From Eledone cirrhosa (lineage: Eukaryota), in NCBI GenBank assembly GCA_964016885.1, contig OZ024741.1:381672001-381736000 (forward strand): a stretch of DNA of 64,000 nt, given 5' to 3'. The first letter of the stretch is position 1. Each line of letters opens with the position of its first letter. The position numbers and the translations under genes were made by a program. Shown here in pieces: positions 1 through 12,561 of this stretch. Under the pieces are notes generated by a model, which was not told where the DNA came from, ran no database searches, and was given only the letters and a program-made list of their open reading frames with translations.

Positions 1-682
1 CTCGTAATGAAGATCTAACACTTCGTAAATATTAATTGAGAATCTATTAGTATTTTGTACATTTATACATAATAATTAATGTATAAGTACTGTATACTTA
101 CATCAAGCTGGTAACATAACTAAAGTGCCTTAGATGTGCTTCTGGAAATCAAATCGATGACGCAAATCATCGATTATAGTGAGTACTATTAATCACTAAT
201 TAACTGATGACCAAATTGCACAAAATTACCAGTCACTTACACGGAAGAACTTTGTAATATTCTCCACATGGTGATGAACAAAATCCTTTAAAACAACATT
301 TAATATAGATGAATACATATATTTATGTACACATACGCATATATATGTGTGTGTATATATACACACACCCCGATTGATCACAGAAATATTCCATTATACA
401 ATATAAATTGGAGTCATTATTCAATAAAAATTGAAAAGTAACAAAGTAGGCGATTAATTTCATAAAATGAAGAGGCAGCTAATTAATGTCTCTAATCATT
501 TTTTATTGAACCATATGGCTATTTTGTTTTTGCATGAATGAATAATTATCTGCTCCACTAAATAACATTTATTCACCTGTATATTTTAACTATATGTCCA
601 CGAAAGATCATTATTATGTCACTTGTCCAAACGATATTGCAATTATTTAAAAACATTTTATAATTATTATTATTGTTATTAT

Positions 683-877
683 TTGACAGTATCGGTAGAG
701 GGTCGGACGCCATGATTTGATGCATAGAGTTACGGCCCTTCCCAATCTGAGTTTAAATCCCGCCGAGGTTAACTTTGCCGTTCATCCTTACGGGGTCGAT
801 AAAATAAAGTACCAGTAATGCACTGGATAATTGCTTGCCTTGTGCCAAAAGTAGCAACAAGTATTATTATTATTATT
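683..877 (+). mobile_element. tRNA-derived SINE (main family of this window), slightly 5'-truncated, with (ATT)n tail
   Basis: A-box-like TTGACAGTATCGG, B-box-like GAGTTTAAATCC, conserved core ACTTTGCC..TCATCCTTACGGGGTCGATAAAATAAAGTACCAG and TTGTGCCAAAAGTAG 3' end. Matches copies at 16287, 33814, 45448, 50974, 57722 and 60849. Confidence 0.85.
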
Positions 878-1090
878 GGCGACCTACGTAGGAAATCGTA
901 TTATCGTGAGCTCCGCAAAGGTTTGTTGTTTTCAGTTGCTTCAAATTGCCAGTTATGAACAATGTTTGTTGTTAAGTGTTTATAAGTGCACATATATTGC
1001 TTTCTGAAAAGGACACTCAAAAAGATTGAGGCTTGAGCCCCAAATTTAAAATTTTATAATTATCAAACAAAAACTTTCTTTGAAAAAATC

Positions 1091-3080
1091 ATGGACGGCT
1101 CTCAACCACACAAAGCTGCAAGCCTTCCTAACAAACCAACACCTCCCACCCCACCATTGTAGACATTACTACGCTAGCCAACACTAAACATATAAGCAGT
1201 GGCAATAATTTAAATTTGTCACATACAGACATTCATTTCCCGCCATTACCAATAATTGCAAATCTTAAAGCTGCCATCCTCACCACCACGATGTCAAACA
1301 GAACAACCAAAAACACTGATACCATCACCACCACCAGTACAGCGACAAAAGAAAAAAAATTATCTCGTAACATCGAAATGGATTTACCCAGAATCGACTC
1401 TTCCATGCCGAACACCACTGGCACCACAACCACCTCCACCACAACTGAAACTAAAAATAACAATAACAACAACAGCAACAACAACAACAACAACAACAGC
1501 AATGAGAATAACAACAACAACATCAACACCAGCGCAAAACAAAGTGTGTCATTTGCCAAAGCAGCCAAGAAAAACGAAACAATCGAGGTAGGCCAGGAGG
1601 AATTAAATGAAGCCAAGAGAATGGTAAAAGAAGATGGGTAAAGGGTCAGCCTCACCCCCCACCCTCTTCTAATAAAATGGAACATCGACGCCTATGCACC
1701 GTGTCATATCGGACGGACGTTAAACACAATATGACGCCGAGTGGAACGGGCATCTGAGTCCCAGATACAAAAAGCTTTGGGACATGTGTGGGCGAAAAAA
1801 ACAGAGATCAGACGTGTGCAGAAATAGGGAACTGTGGACTTGTTATTTGGAATCCCACAGGAAGCCAGAGAGCACTCCATGGCCCCATTAAGAAGTGACG
1901 AGTTCACGCTCGTCTCAAGCTATTTTGGTCAGAGACTCGTTAAGATCAGGGAGACCCACGTTCCACCGGCCATCGAAATTCCCAGGCTAATGTCTGCCGT
2001 CTTCGCCGGCATCGAGGCAAACACGAAAATAATGGAGGTAACAAAGGAAAAGCAGGAGAACTGGTCCGGATCTGGGATGGAGCTCCTGATCCAAGCGAAC
2101 CAAAAAAGCATTGAGGTAATTCCAGAGGTGGTAGACCTCAATGACGGCAGCCACCTCACCGTAATAGTTGAGGGTAGAAGGTCTAGGTGTGTCGTTTGTG
2201 GCGAAGGAACCCACCTAAAGGCTTTCTACCCTCATGCTAAAAAGTTGAGGCCACCTCTCCTACCCATCCCAGTGACTCAACCATCAAAACCACCAGCAGC
2301 AGAAATGGCAGGAATAACTGTATCAGCAAAAAGAGAAGCAACTAGAGCAGCAACAACCCCAGCAACAGTAGCAAAACCAACACCACCACCATCCACCGCA
2401 CCAGAATTAGCACGAGCGCCTCCACCATCCACCCGCCGCAACCAAAACCAACGCCTATGGAGGATTTTCCACTCCCCGACCTATCGCAACTGGAGTCAGA
2501 TTGTGACGACGAGGAGGAGTGGGAAGGGTATCCGGAAAAAAAAAAGAAAAAAAGAACCCCAAAGAGAAAAAGACTTCTTCCTTCGCACCCCAAAAAGAAA
2601 ATGCAGAAGGAAACAAATAAGCAAACAAACAAAAAAGTTAAGACAGCTATGCCACCACCGACATTAGCATCACCAGCCCCATCACCACAAACACCAATAC
2701 CATAACCATCATTAACCCCAACACCACCATCAACAACACCACAACAAAAACGAAACAGAAACAAACCCACAACAAACGCAAACAAAACAAAACCACCAAA
2801 ACGATACAGACTACACAGCAATAAATTTGAACAACAAACTTACATCCAACACAACACTACATCCAACACAACACCCCCAAAATAAACACCACCTCCACAC
2901 ATACAAATCACTCGCATCACACAGAAAACGTACACAACATTAAAACAAAAATTCCCCAAGGACATCGGAGACTTCCGACAAACACTCTCCAGGAGGATTT
3001 ATAAGGACATCCTTCTGGAGGAGGCCACAAGCAGTGAGAAGGGTGGAGAAACCATCCTTCCTTTACGAGATTTGATGTAA
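1091..3080 (+). pseudogene. LINE ORF1 (gag-like nucleic-acid-binding protein), with stops and frameshifts
   Basis: ORF pieces 1216-1641 and 1834-2667 show a poly-N tract, an SFAKAAK motif, a degenerate zinc knuckle CVVCGEGTHLKAFY and a Pro/Thr-rich C-terminus. Homologous to ORF1 of copy B. Confidence 0.8.
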
Positions 3081-3113
3081 GTGGTCTTTCTCATCTTTTC
3101 CCCTCCTTAAAAC

Positions 3114-6100
3114 TTGACTTCTCTCAGAATAGGCAGCATAAATGCGCGTGGCCTGGGGTCTTCATTGAAGCAGGGCCACCTTCTCAACGACCTCAGGTCA
3201 CTAAACATAGATGTGCTGGCCATCAGCGAGACCAGAATCTCCGAAGCAGGAGCCTTTGCATCGATCTTCGGCGGCTACGATGTGTACGCATCTCCCAGCG
3301 GTCCTGGATCGGGGGGAGGGGGGCTGCTGTGCTTTTTCGGATAGGTTTGGATCTCGCCATACGGGCCATCTTCCTGGACCCAGAAGGTAAGTTGGTGGTG
3401 CTGGACGTGACCAGCATAGACGGGCCAGCTTCAGGCTAGTGCCCGTCTATGCGCCGACAGGTACAGGACGGCCTGATTTCTTCCGGCGTCTGGAGACCTT
3501 TCTTGGAACGTCCCACTCTTTAGTGTTAGTGGGCGACTGGAACGGGATCTTAGATGCACGTTGGGGCTGTGTCGGATTAGCGGATAGGGGAGGAGGGTGT
3601 AAAAGCCTCGCAAACATTCTCAGACGGTTTTAACTGTCTGACAGGTACTGTCTGTATTTCCCGAATGTGCCAATGTCGACATGGACAAACCGCATAGGGT
3701 CATCCATATCATATATATATAGGGTATTTTGTAGGGAAATAGATAGGTCTAGCATAGGCTGTCCACTATTTAAAATAGTCGACTACACGGACCACAAATT
3801 CGTGATCTGTGAGTTTGGCTTAGATAGGCTTCATAGACGAGGACCCGGCTACTGGAAGCTAAACGCGCCCTTACCAGCTCACAAAGCCTACAGAGACCGG
3901 ATTACCGAACTAGTTAATCGGGCGTTGACGGGGGCCATCGTCAACAACAAGTGGTGGTTTGCTCTGAAAAGAGTCATTAGAATAGAGTCCATTAGGTTTA
4001 GTAAGGCTTTAGATATAGAGAAAAATAGAGCAGAGGGAGACATAGTTAGAAAATTTGACGAGGCGGTTAGCAAAGGCATCGCGACTGACGTACTTGCGGC
4101 GAAATTGGCCCTTGAAAAATTCTTCAATGCAAGGCACGAAGGCTGCGTTGTCAGAGCTAGGGTGCGTGCTCTCAGACACGAGGGACGAAAGCCGTTCAAT
4201 GGGCCCGAGTGGCGGAGGCGCGTCGTGGCAACAAAGCCACGATCCGGTATTTGGTGGACCACGACGGGCGAATGCTACACGAATCCGGGAAAATGTGTGA
4301 AGCTTTTCAGCGACACTCCGCACAGCTGTTCGGGGGTAGCGGCGGGGCGGATCAAGGGATGTACTTTAGTGTCTACATCGACGAACTGCCGCAGCTCTCG
4401 GCCACTGAGGCGGTGTGTTGCGAAAAGCCCATAAAAGCCGCTGAAGTACGGGAGGCAATGACTGGCTGCACAAGGGGTAAATCACCTGGTTTGGATGGTC
4501 TGCCCAATAAACTTGACGTATAGATGCCAGACTTGTTCGGAGGACTCTTGGCGGTCGTCTACTGCAAATGGCAACAAAACGGGAGAATTCCCAGCTCTGT
4601 GAGCCGAGGAGTTGTGGCGCTGCTGAGAACGGATCCGAACAAGGGGGGTAACATAGATAATGTTAGACCCATATCTCTGCTAAACACAGAGTTCAAGATT
4701 TTGGCCAAGCTGCTAGCAAAGAGGTTGGCACTTGTCGTTGGTGGTCTGGTGGGAGAGGCACAGACATGCGCCATTCCCGACAGATCCATCCACGACAACC
4801 TCCACCTCATGCGATACATCGTAGAGAGGGTAGCTAGGGTACCTGGCACGGGTGGGTCTTTGATTAATTTAGATCAGTCGAAAGCCTTCGATAGGGTCGA
4901 CCATAGTTACCTAGCGGCGGTCCTGAGGGCGGCTGGCTTTGGGCCCGTCTTCAGAGGCTGGATCGCTGCCATGCAGAGCGACATCTGCTCTGTGGTAAGA
5001 GTGAACGTTCACCTTTCGGAACCGTTCAAACATCATGCGTTCAGTCCGCCAACGATGTCCCCTCTCGTCCCTCTTGTACTTATTGACTCTCGAGCCATTA
5101 CTGCACAAACTGGAGACGTTGAGGGGGTTCCCGCACGAACTAGGATGCGGAAGATCCGTGTCAGCATATGCGGACGATGTCATCGTAGTGGTGCCGAACG
5201 CCAAACACATCGAGGCGATCGGCACGACACTAAGAGAATACGAAGCGGTGACTGCAGCTGGCACCTGGAGAGGCAGGTCCATGCCGTCCAACAGCGTCGT
5301 CGGGCGCTGGACGGACGGACCGTTTAAATTGCTAGGGTTCTGGTTCGGTCCAGACCTTCAGACGGACAAAAATTGGAAGGAGGTGGCGAGCAGGGGGGCT
5401 TCTCTCACCCAGAAATGGGCAGAGATGAAGTTATCCCTGAAATGTCGAGCGGAGGTGGCTTACGCGTACATCGCGTCCGTCATCTACTACCGCCTGACCG
5501 TCGTACCTTGTCCTAAGCCTCGCCTGACTGCGCTGGAGCGTTTGCTCTTTCGCTTTTTGTGGAAGGTACGCGCCCCGATGGTCAGGCGGTCCATCTGCTG
5601 TCAACATCCGCTACGTGGAGGGCTGGGCATGCCGTGACTGATGATGCGTAGACATGCGCTCAGGCTACGACAACCCTCCGCCTCTTCCTCGACGGTGATC
5701 AGGTGTGGTCGCCGTTTGCTAGACACTCCTTTCCACAGCTCGTCTCCTTGACGGAGCTGCAGTCCAGGGTCAAGCGAAGACCGAGAGGGAGCGCTTGGAG
5801 ACTGGAAGGTTTCCAGGCGCTCACAGCCCTCGATCAATCGGGCAATGTGATCGGTGGAAACTCCACCTCGGCGTTCTATAGAGGATTAGTGGAGGGGAAG
5901 AGCGACGACGGACTTGGAGAAATTCTAGGCGTCGACGAAAATCAACTAGCCAATCTCTTCGGAAGGACTTTCGGGCCGGGGCCTATCGACGACTTCCAGA
6001 AATCTCTGGCCTGGCAGTGCTACCGAGGAGCCTTGCCAGTTCGGGATAAACTCTACAGGCATGGAGGTGCCGTCAGCCGGGCATGTACGAGATGCGCACA

Positions 6101-6500
6101 GGTCGATGAAACCGTCCTGCACGCACTCGTCCAGTGTCCGAGCATTGCTGATTTGTGGGTTTATGTCGAACACCTGCTGTCACGAGTTGGACGGATCCAG
6201 CTATCAGCTGAGTCCATCGTGAGGATTGACCCGCCCTCTTCCTTTAGCCGGGAAGGGCAGGCAATTTTTATCTGTCTGGTGGCCATGGCGAAAGAGATAG
6301 TATGGTGGAAACGTTTTAAAGGGCTGAAGACGAGCACTTACCTCTTCGGTGATGCCCTGATTAACTTTTTCAAGTTTCATTTGAAAAGGAAAATCAGGGT
6401 AAAGAGGGGAGTGCTCTCTTCCCAGCATTTTGTTGAAATATGGGTGAGAGAAGCAAGTATGGCCCGAGTGAATGGGCCTACTCTGCGTATGTGTCTCTAA
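3114..6500 (+). pseudogene. LINE ORF2 (APE endonuclease, reverse transcriptase, C-terminal Cys-His domain), disrupted
   Basis: SINARGL, ISETR, GDWNG, YTDH (APE); RPISLLN, DQSKAFDRVDH, YADD (RT); CTRC..ETVLHALVQC. Multiple frameshifts and stops, and a short deletion near 5250 relative to copy B. Confidence 0.92.
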
Positions 6501-6774
6501 ATTAAAGGTTGAAAACTGGGAGAGGGCACTTACCCTGGTGGTCAAGGTAACTGTGGCTTTTTAATGGGCTTTGTCCACAAATGTGCCTCGGAAGTCTCCC
6601 CCCTATTGGGAAATTTTTCGTTGTTATTTTTTGTTACATCCTGTTTTTGTTTTTTTTACATGCAGAAATGCCCATTTGTACCGTCCTGCATTGTCCTGTA
6701 CTGTCCTTAATGTCTACTTTATGTAAACCTTTGTGGTTAATAAAGGAAGTATTATTATTATTATTATTATTATT

Positions 6775-9700
6775 TGCATTTATCTTGCTTTATGTTCATA
6801 CGAGTTATCACCAAGTCACAACCAGTGACCTCAAGAGACAACAAGGTCCGCCATGTTCAAGAAAGAACATACATATTCACACATGCATCCTTAGTGTTTA
6901 GACTTGTGATGTACTTATATTGATAGGATCTTCCTTAGTATATGGGCAGTTCCCATTAGTACTATCTTTTGTATTTCTCATATACGCGGGTTTCCTGGGA
7001 TTTGCGATAAGTAGTTGTTAGACCCCTTAGGTATCATTCCCAGAGCGCCTACAACCACTGGTATTGTTTTAGTTCTCAATTTCCACATTTTTCCAATTTC
7101 TATCTCCAGGTCCTTATACTTGCTCAATTTTTCAAATGTTTTTATAGATACATTCTTGTCTATTGGAACAGACATATCAATTAGCAGGCATACCCTCCTT
7201 TGAAAGTCCTTCAATATTATATCAGGTCTATTTGCATCTATTTTTCGATCTGTTTGGATGCTAAAGTTCCACAAGATTGAGATGTGATCTTTTTCAAGTA
7301 TGGAATGTGGTTGATGCTCCCACCAATTCTTTTGATGGGGCAGGTCAAAATGCTTACACATTATCCAATGAATGTATTGTGCAGCTCTGTCATGCCTGTT
7401 TAGGTATTCGGTTGGAGCTATAGGACTGCACATTGAAATTATATGGTCAATGGTCTCTGGTTGTTTTTTGCATACACGGCATAATGGGCTGCACCCATTT
7501 TTTATTATGTTGGCTTGGTAATTTTTTGTTGGCAGACACTGATCTTGTGCCGATATAATCAGTCCTTTAGTCTCCGATTTCAGTCCAGAGGATGCCAACC
7601 ACTGATGGGTTAAAGTTTTGTCAACATCGGGATTGTTAGCTCGCTCTGGGTATTTTCCATACAGAGGCTTTTCTTGCCATTTCTTAGCCACTTTCTATAG
7701 CCGTTCTTTCTTTGCAGTTACTTTTACCTGCTTTGCTTTTTCTGTGTTTTCCATTTCAGCAGTAAATGGGACTCCTGAAATTTGTAGTCCATTACTGTAT
7801 CTTTGTGCATCTTTTGTAATGGAATATGATCTTTTGGTGCTTTCGTGTTTCAAAACGAGTTTGATCATCCAATCATGTGATTCCCTTAGATATGTGGATA
7901 ATCCAATTGTTGCAGTTTTCAACGCAATGTCTAACTGGATTAACCCACGTCCTCCTTCTTTCCTAGGGAGATATATTCTATCTATGTCTGCCTTAGGGTG
8001 ATGCATTCTGTGCATGGTTAAGAATTTTCGGATTTTTGTATCGAGCCTACGGATCTCTGTGCTTTACCAGTTGATGACATTGTAACTGTAGGTTACTACT
8101 GGTATGGCAAGCGTGTTTATGGCATCGATCCTATTCCTTGCATTCAATTCCGTTCTTAAGATTGCTCTGACTCTGCGGTAACATTCCTTCCTTATCCTTT
8201 CCCTCATTGTCGAGTGCTTGATTCCGTTTCCTTCACAAACACCTAGATATTTGTAAGTTTTTTCTTGATCAAGCTCTCTTATCCCGTTCCCCCGATCAAG
8301 ATTAATGTCTGAACTCTTCAGCAGCTTTCCTCTGGTGAACGTTGCTTTGGCGCATTTATCCAGTCCAAACTCCATTTTAATGTCATCACTGAACTGCTCC
8401 ACAGTGGATAATAGCCCTTGCAATTGTTTATCATTTTTTGCAAATAGTTTCAGGTCATCCATGTAGAACAGGTGATTAATGGTTTTGTCATAGACTCTAT
8501 ATCCATGTTTTGTTTCATTGAGCATTTTACTTAATGGTATAAGTGCGATGCAGAATAAAAGCGGTGATAAAGAGTCACCCTGAAAAATTCCACAATTAAT
8601 ATTAACTTCTCCAGCTTCCAGTGATTTTGTTTCACTATTCAAAAGGAGTGTCGTTCTCCATGTTTTCATACTGAATGACAAAGACCTCCTGACAACGGGG
8701 GATATTTTGAAAATCTCTAAATATTTTTCAATCCAACTGTGTGGCAAACTATCGAATGCTTTTTTATAATCTATCCAAGCAATCGATAGATTTTTGTGTC
8801 TATTATGACAATTTTCCAGTATCATTTTGTTAACCAGAAGCTGATCCTTACAGCCATATGAGCCTCGTTTACACCCTTTCTGCTCAATGGGAAATAGGTC
8901 ATTTGTTATCAGGTGGTCATATGTGTATTCAGTTAGGACTGATGTTAAAATGTTATACATTGTGGTCAAGCAGGTTATCGGTCTGTAATTTTTGGGATTG
9001 TTTGTCTCATCATTCTTCCGTAGTAGGAATGTAATGCCGTTAACTAGCCATGATGGTATCTTTTCTGGCTCCTTAACTATTTCACTGTAAAGTTGGGCTA
9101 ACAGCTCATGAGACTCTGTGAAGGCATTTATCCAAAAGTTTTGTATTTTGTCTTTTCCTGGGGATTTCCATTTGCTGGTTTTTCTTAGAGCCAGGCGCAA
9201 CTGTTCAACTGTTATATTTTCCCATATTTGTTCCTCAAGGTGAGCTGTATCTTTCATTTTTCTGTCTATCCATGGGGCATGTATGTTATGAACTTTTTCT
9301 TCGGCCCAGATCTTTTCCCAGAATTCTTGCACTTCCTCCTTGGGTGGTATTGATTTAGCAGTTATTGTTGACTTACCAATTTTTCTGTAGAAGTTTCTTT
9401 GGTTGTTTTTGAACATATTATTGTCCTTATAGAATCTAGATCGTTTTTCAAAGCGCCTTATACGAGCAGCTTTGGCCGACACTTTTTGCTTGATTATTTC
9501 TATCAGCATGTCTATGTCACGTGTTGATTTTATACTGTACTTTTTTTTCAATTTTCTAAGTTTAGTTTGTTTAACATGTTCACATACTTTATAGTTTGTT
9601 AACATTTCTATGTCAGATCGGAGAAGGTTTATTTGGCGATTGATGTTCTCTTGCCAAGTAGATTTCTTGTGGGAATTCCTTTGTTTTTTCATCTTCACTC

Positions 9701-10179
9701 CACATAAGTGAGTGGTGACTTTAGCCGATGCATAATAGAGATGATTTAAATCAGTAATGTTTAGTTTGTTTGTGATGATAATGTTTTTGAGAATTATGTT
9801 AGTCTTGTGTATTATCTTTTGGTTCTGTTTGGAGTTCTGGATCTTAGGGAGGGTGTCTCGTTGCCCCATGTCAGATTCTTTCATTTCATTCCATTCGATC
9901 ATAATTTCATCCTTAAAGTTGGCAAGTTCATTCTCATTCATTTCTTTATCATTTACGATCTCATTATTTTCATTTGCGGTTTCATCCTGAGCATGCATTC
10001 CCTCCACTTTTTCGATCCTTTCTTTAATTTGATCTGTTGCCAGTGATTCCGCCCCAACCCTGGGGTTCGAAGTGTTACAGTTTACCTCATTTTCACTGAC
10101 ACATGTTTCATTTTCCCTTCGCCGACTTTGTGCTAATAGCTTGATCTGATCAATTTGTGCTAATAGCTTGATCTGATCA

Positions 10180-10180
<1 letters not shown>
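6775..10180 (-). mobile_element. R4/Dong-clade non-LTR retrotransposon (RT plus restriction-like endonuclease), 5'-truncated
   Basis: Single long reading frame, ~140-nt 3' UTR running into a (TAA)n tail, and (TAA)n also at the 5' flank. Dong elements are established TAA-repeat targeters. Confidence 0.88.
6915..10007 (-). pseudogene. R4/Dong ORF (RT-RLE) with three in-frame stops
   Basis: NYRPITCL, DYKKAFDS, GIFQGDSLSP, YMDDLK; CRVC..ETIDHIISMC, RHD, NRPDIILKD, LIDMSVP, KLSKYKDL. ORFs 8064-10007, 7695-8015 and 6978-7691 share one frame, which continues to TAA at 6915. Confidence 0.9.
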
Positions 10181-10213
<33 letters not shown>

Positions 10214-10428
10214 GAATGCTATGGTTGATGGAGGCTCGGCTCTGTAAGGTACTGTAAATTTTGAACGCTTTAACAATTGTAAATTGTTTAAAACTTAGAC
10301 CAACTTGTAGACAAAAACACCCTCCTCCTCGTGAGAGGGGTCTTTCTGCCCGTTATTTGGCCCTTCGGGGTTAAATAACTGCTTATTGGGGTTTTGTACC
10401 CAATATTTATTTTTAACAAAAAAACAAC

Positions 10429-12526
10429 ATGGCTACGAAAAAGAATTTGCAGAGGTCACTCCCACTCATTCCGTCTTCTTTTTCCTCAATCGTCACTACA
10501 GCAGAGAGAAGATTGTCTCTCTCCCTCCCTTCTTTAAATGTGTCTCTCTCCCTCCCTTCTCTTTCGCAAGCGACGAAAGAAAATAAAAGTCTCGTGCAAA
10601 GCGTGCAAGGTTTCTCCACGACGACGACGACAGCGACGAAACAGGTGTGCGGGAAATACGAAAACCCAGTTCATTCGTCTGACGCCAGGAATAATAGCAG
10701 TAGCAGCCGTAATAACAACAGCAACAGTGACAATGAAAACAACAGTAGCAGCCGCAACAGCATCACCAGCAGCATAAACAACAACAGCATTAGCAGCAGC
10801 AACACCAACAACAACCACAGCAACAGCGGCGGAGGCAGTAGTCGTAGTACCTGCAGCAACAACAAAAGTACCAGCAGCTCTGACGACAACAACAACAACA
10901 GCAGCAGAGAAAAAACAATCTCATTTGCAGGTATTGCGAAGAACCTGGAAACAATCCTCATAACAAATGAGGAATTAGAGGAAGCGAAGAAGATGGTGAC
11001 AAAGAATGGACACCGAGCAATCTGCAAGGCAGCGGAAAAATGTTTCGAAACCCAACAGCACTGTACGGTCACGTACCGTACAGTAAGTACAAAATCCCGT
11101 AGGGTGGAAAGAGCCACAGAGGCTCAAATACAAAAAGCCTTGGGGTCTGTGTGGCAGCGGAAAACGCACATCACCCGAGGCAAAAAATATGCCACCGTAG
11201 ACGTACGTTTTGTCACACCCCAGGCGGCAAAGGCCCAATCCGTAGTGACCCTAAGGAGCGAGGAAATGGTGTTGGTGCCATCCTACTGCGGGCAAAAAAT
11301 TGTGAGGGTCAAACTGACCCACGTCCCCCCCCGGAATGGCCCCTTCTTGGCTGGCCGCGTCTGTCCTCGACGGAATCGAGGACAAAACAACTGTACTGCA
11401 AGTACAGAAAAAAGTAAGAGAAGATTGGCTCGGCACCTCCATTGAGATGCTAATCCAAACCAACCAGGAGTGCATCGAAGCTATCCCGGACGTGATAGAC
11501 TTCGATAACGGCACTCACCTGCCCATAAGTGTTGAGGGAAAACGCCCGAAATGCTTTCGCTGTGGATCGAAGACTCACCTCAGGGCCTTCTGCAACGAGA
11601 AGACCCTGAGAAAGGAGAAACCCCCCCTCTTTCCGAAACCGGCTCCACGGCTACCAGCAACAGGACAAGCGGCAACCAGGAACGATAGGTCCGTGGCACC
11701 CATACCCACGCCACGGAAATCAAAAACAGCAGCAGCAGTGGAAATATTAACAACAACAACAGCAATACCAAATGCAGTTGCAACAGAGACTCCAGTGCAA
11801 ACATCACCAACAACAACAACTGAAAGAGTGGAGCTGGTACCCCTCCCCGACCTCACAGAATCAGACATGGAGTGTGAGGTGGGAGAGAGATGGCAAAAGG
11901 TCGTAAAAAGGCACAAACGCAGAAGCAGCGCATCGTCGCCTTTGAAAAGGGAGGAAAGAAATGAGAAAAGGGTAAAGTCTACTGCAAAGAGACCCACAGC
12001 AGCAACACCACCAACACCATCACCACCCACACTAGCACCACCATCACCACCGGCGACACCCCCACCGCCAACAACACCTTCAACACCACCACCACAAGCA
12101 CCAACATCGCAAACACAACAAAACACACACACCCAGCAACAACGACAAGAAAATAGCAGAACCACACCCCACCCCCAGAAAAACAAATGCACGGCAATAA
12201 ATACACACAACAAGAAACTAATGACTTACATAATTGAACACACAGACATTTCACAACACGACTACATAATACAAGCACCAATCAAAACGCCAACTAACAT
12301 AAGACTGCTAAAAATAGCACAGAAACAATACACAAACATTAAAACGAAATTCCCCAACGCAGTTCGAGATTTCAGGGACCTAGGAGGAACTATCAATCGA
12401 AGAGTATATTCAGACATTCTCTTAGAAGAGCCGACGACCAGCCGAAGGGACGATTCAACGGTCCCTTCACCAGACGAACAAGTGAAAAGGGATGTAAAAA
12501 CCATCCCTCTACCAAAAGTACGGTAA
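10429..12526 (+). pseudogene. LINE ORF1 with zinc knuckle; one frameshift in a C-run near 11330
   Basis: ORFs 10429-11445 and 11336-12526 overlap at the C-run. CFRCGSKTHLRAFC CCHC knuckle; N/S-rich and Pro-rich tracts. Confidence 0.85.
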
Positions 12527-12561
12527 GTGGTCTTTCCCATCTTTTCCACTCTATTTTAAAC

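Larger units (their letters stand above)
878..6749 (+). mobile_element. L1/Tx1-clade LINE, copy A (full length, decayed)
   Basis: ORF1 and ORF2 remnants, AATAAA at 6739-6744, and (ATT)n directly on both flanks. ORF2 and 3' UTR are nearly identical to copy B. Confidence 0.9.

Noticed and set aside
6978-6980. In-frame TGA as selenocysteine or readthrough in the Dong ORF
   Set aside because: The other in-frame stops are TAA and TAG, and the site is not a Cys position; ordinary decay.
11320-11340. Programmed frameshift in ORF1 of LINE copy B
   Set aside because: Copy A reads through the homologous site in frame, so this is a homopolymer indel.
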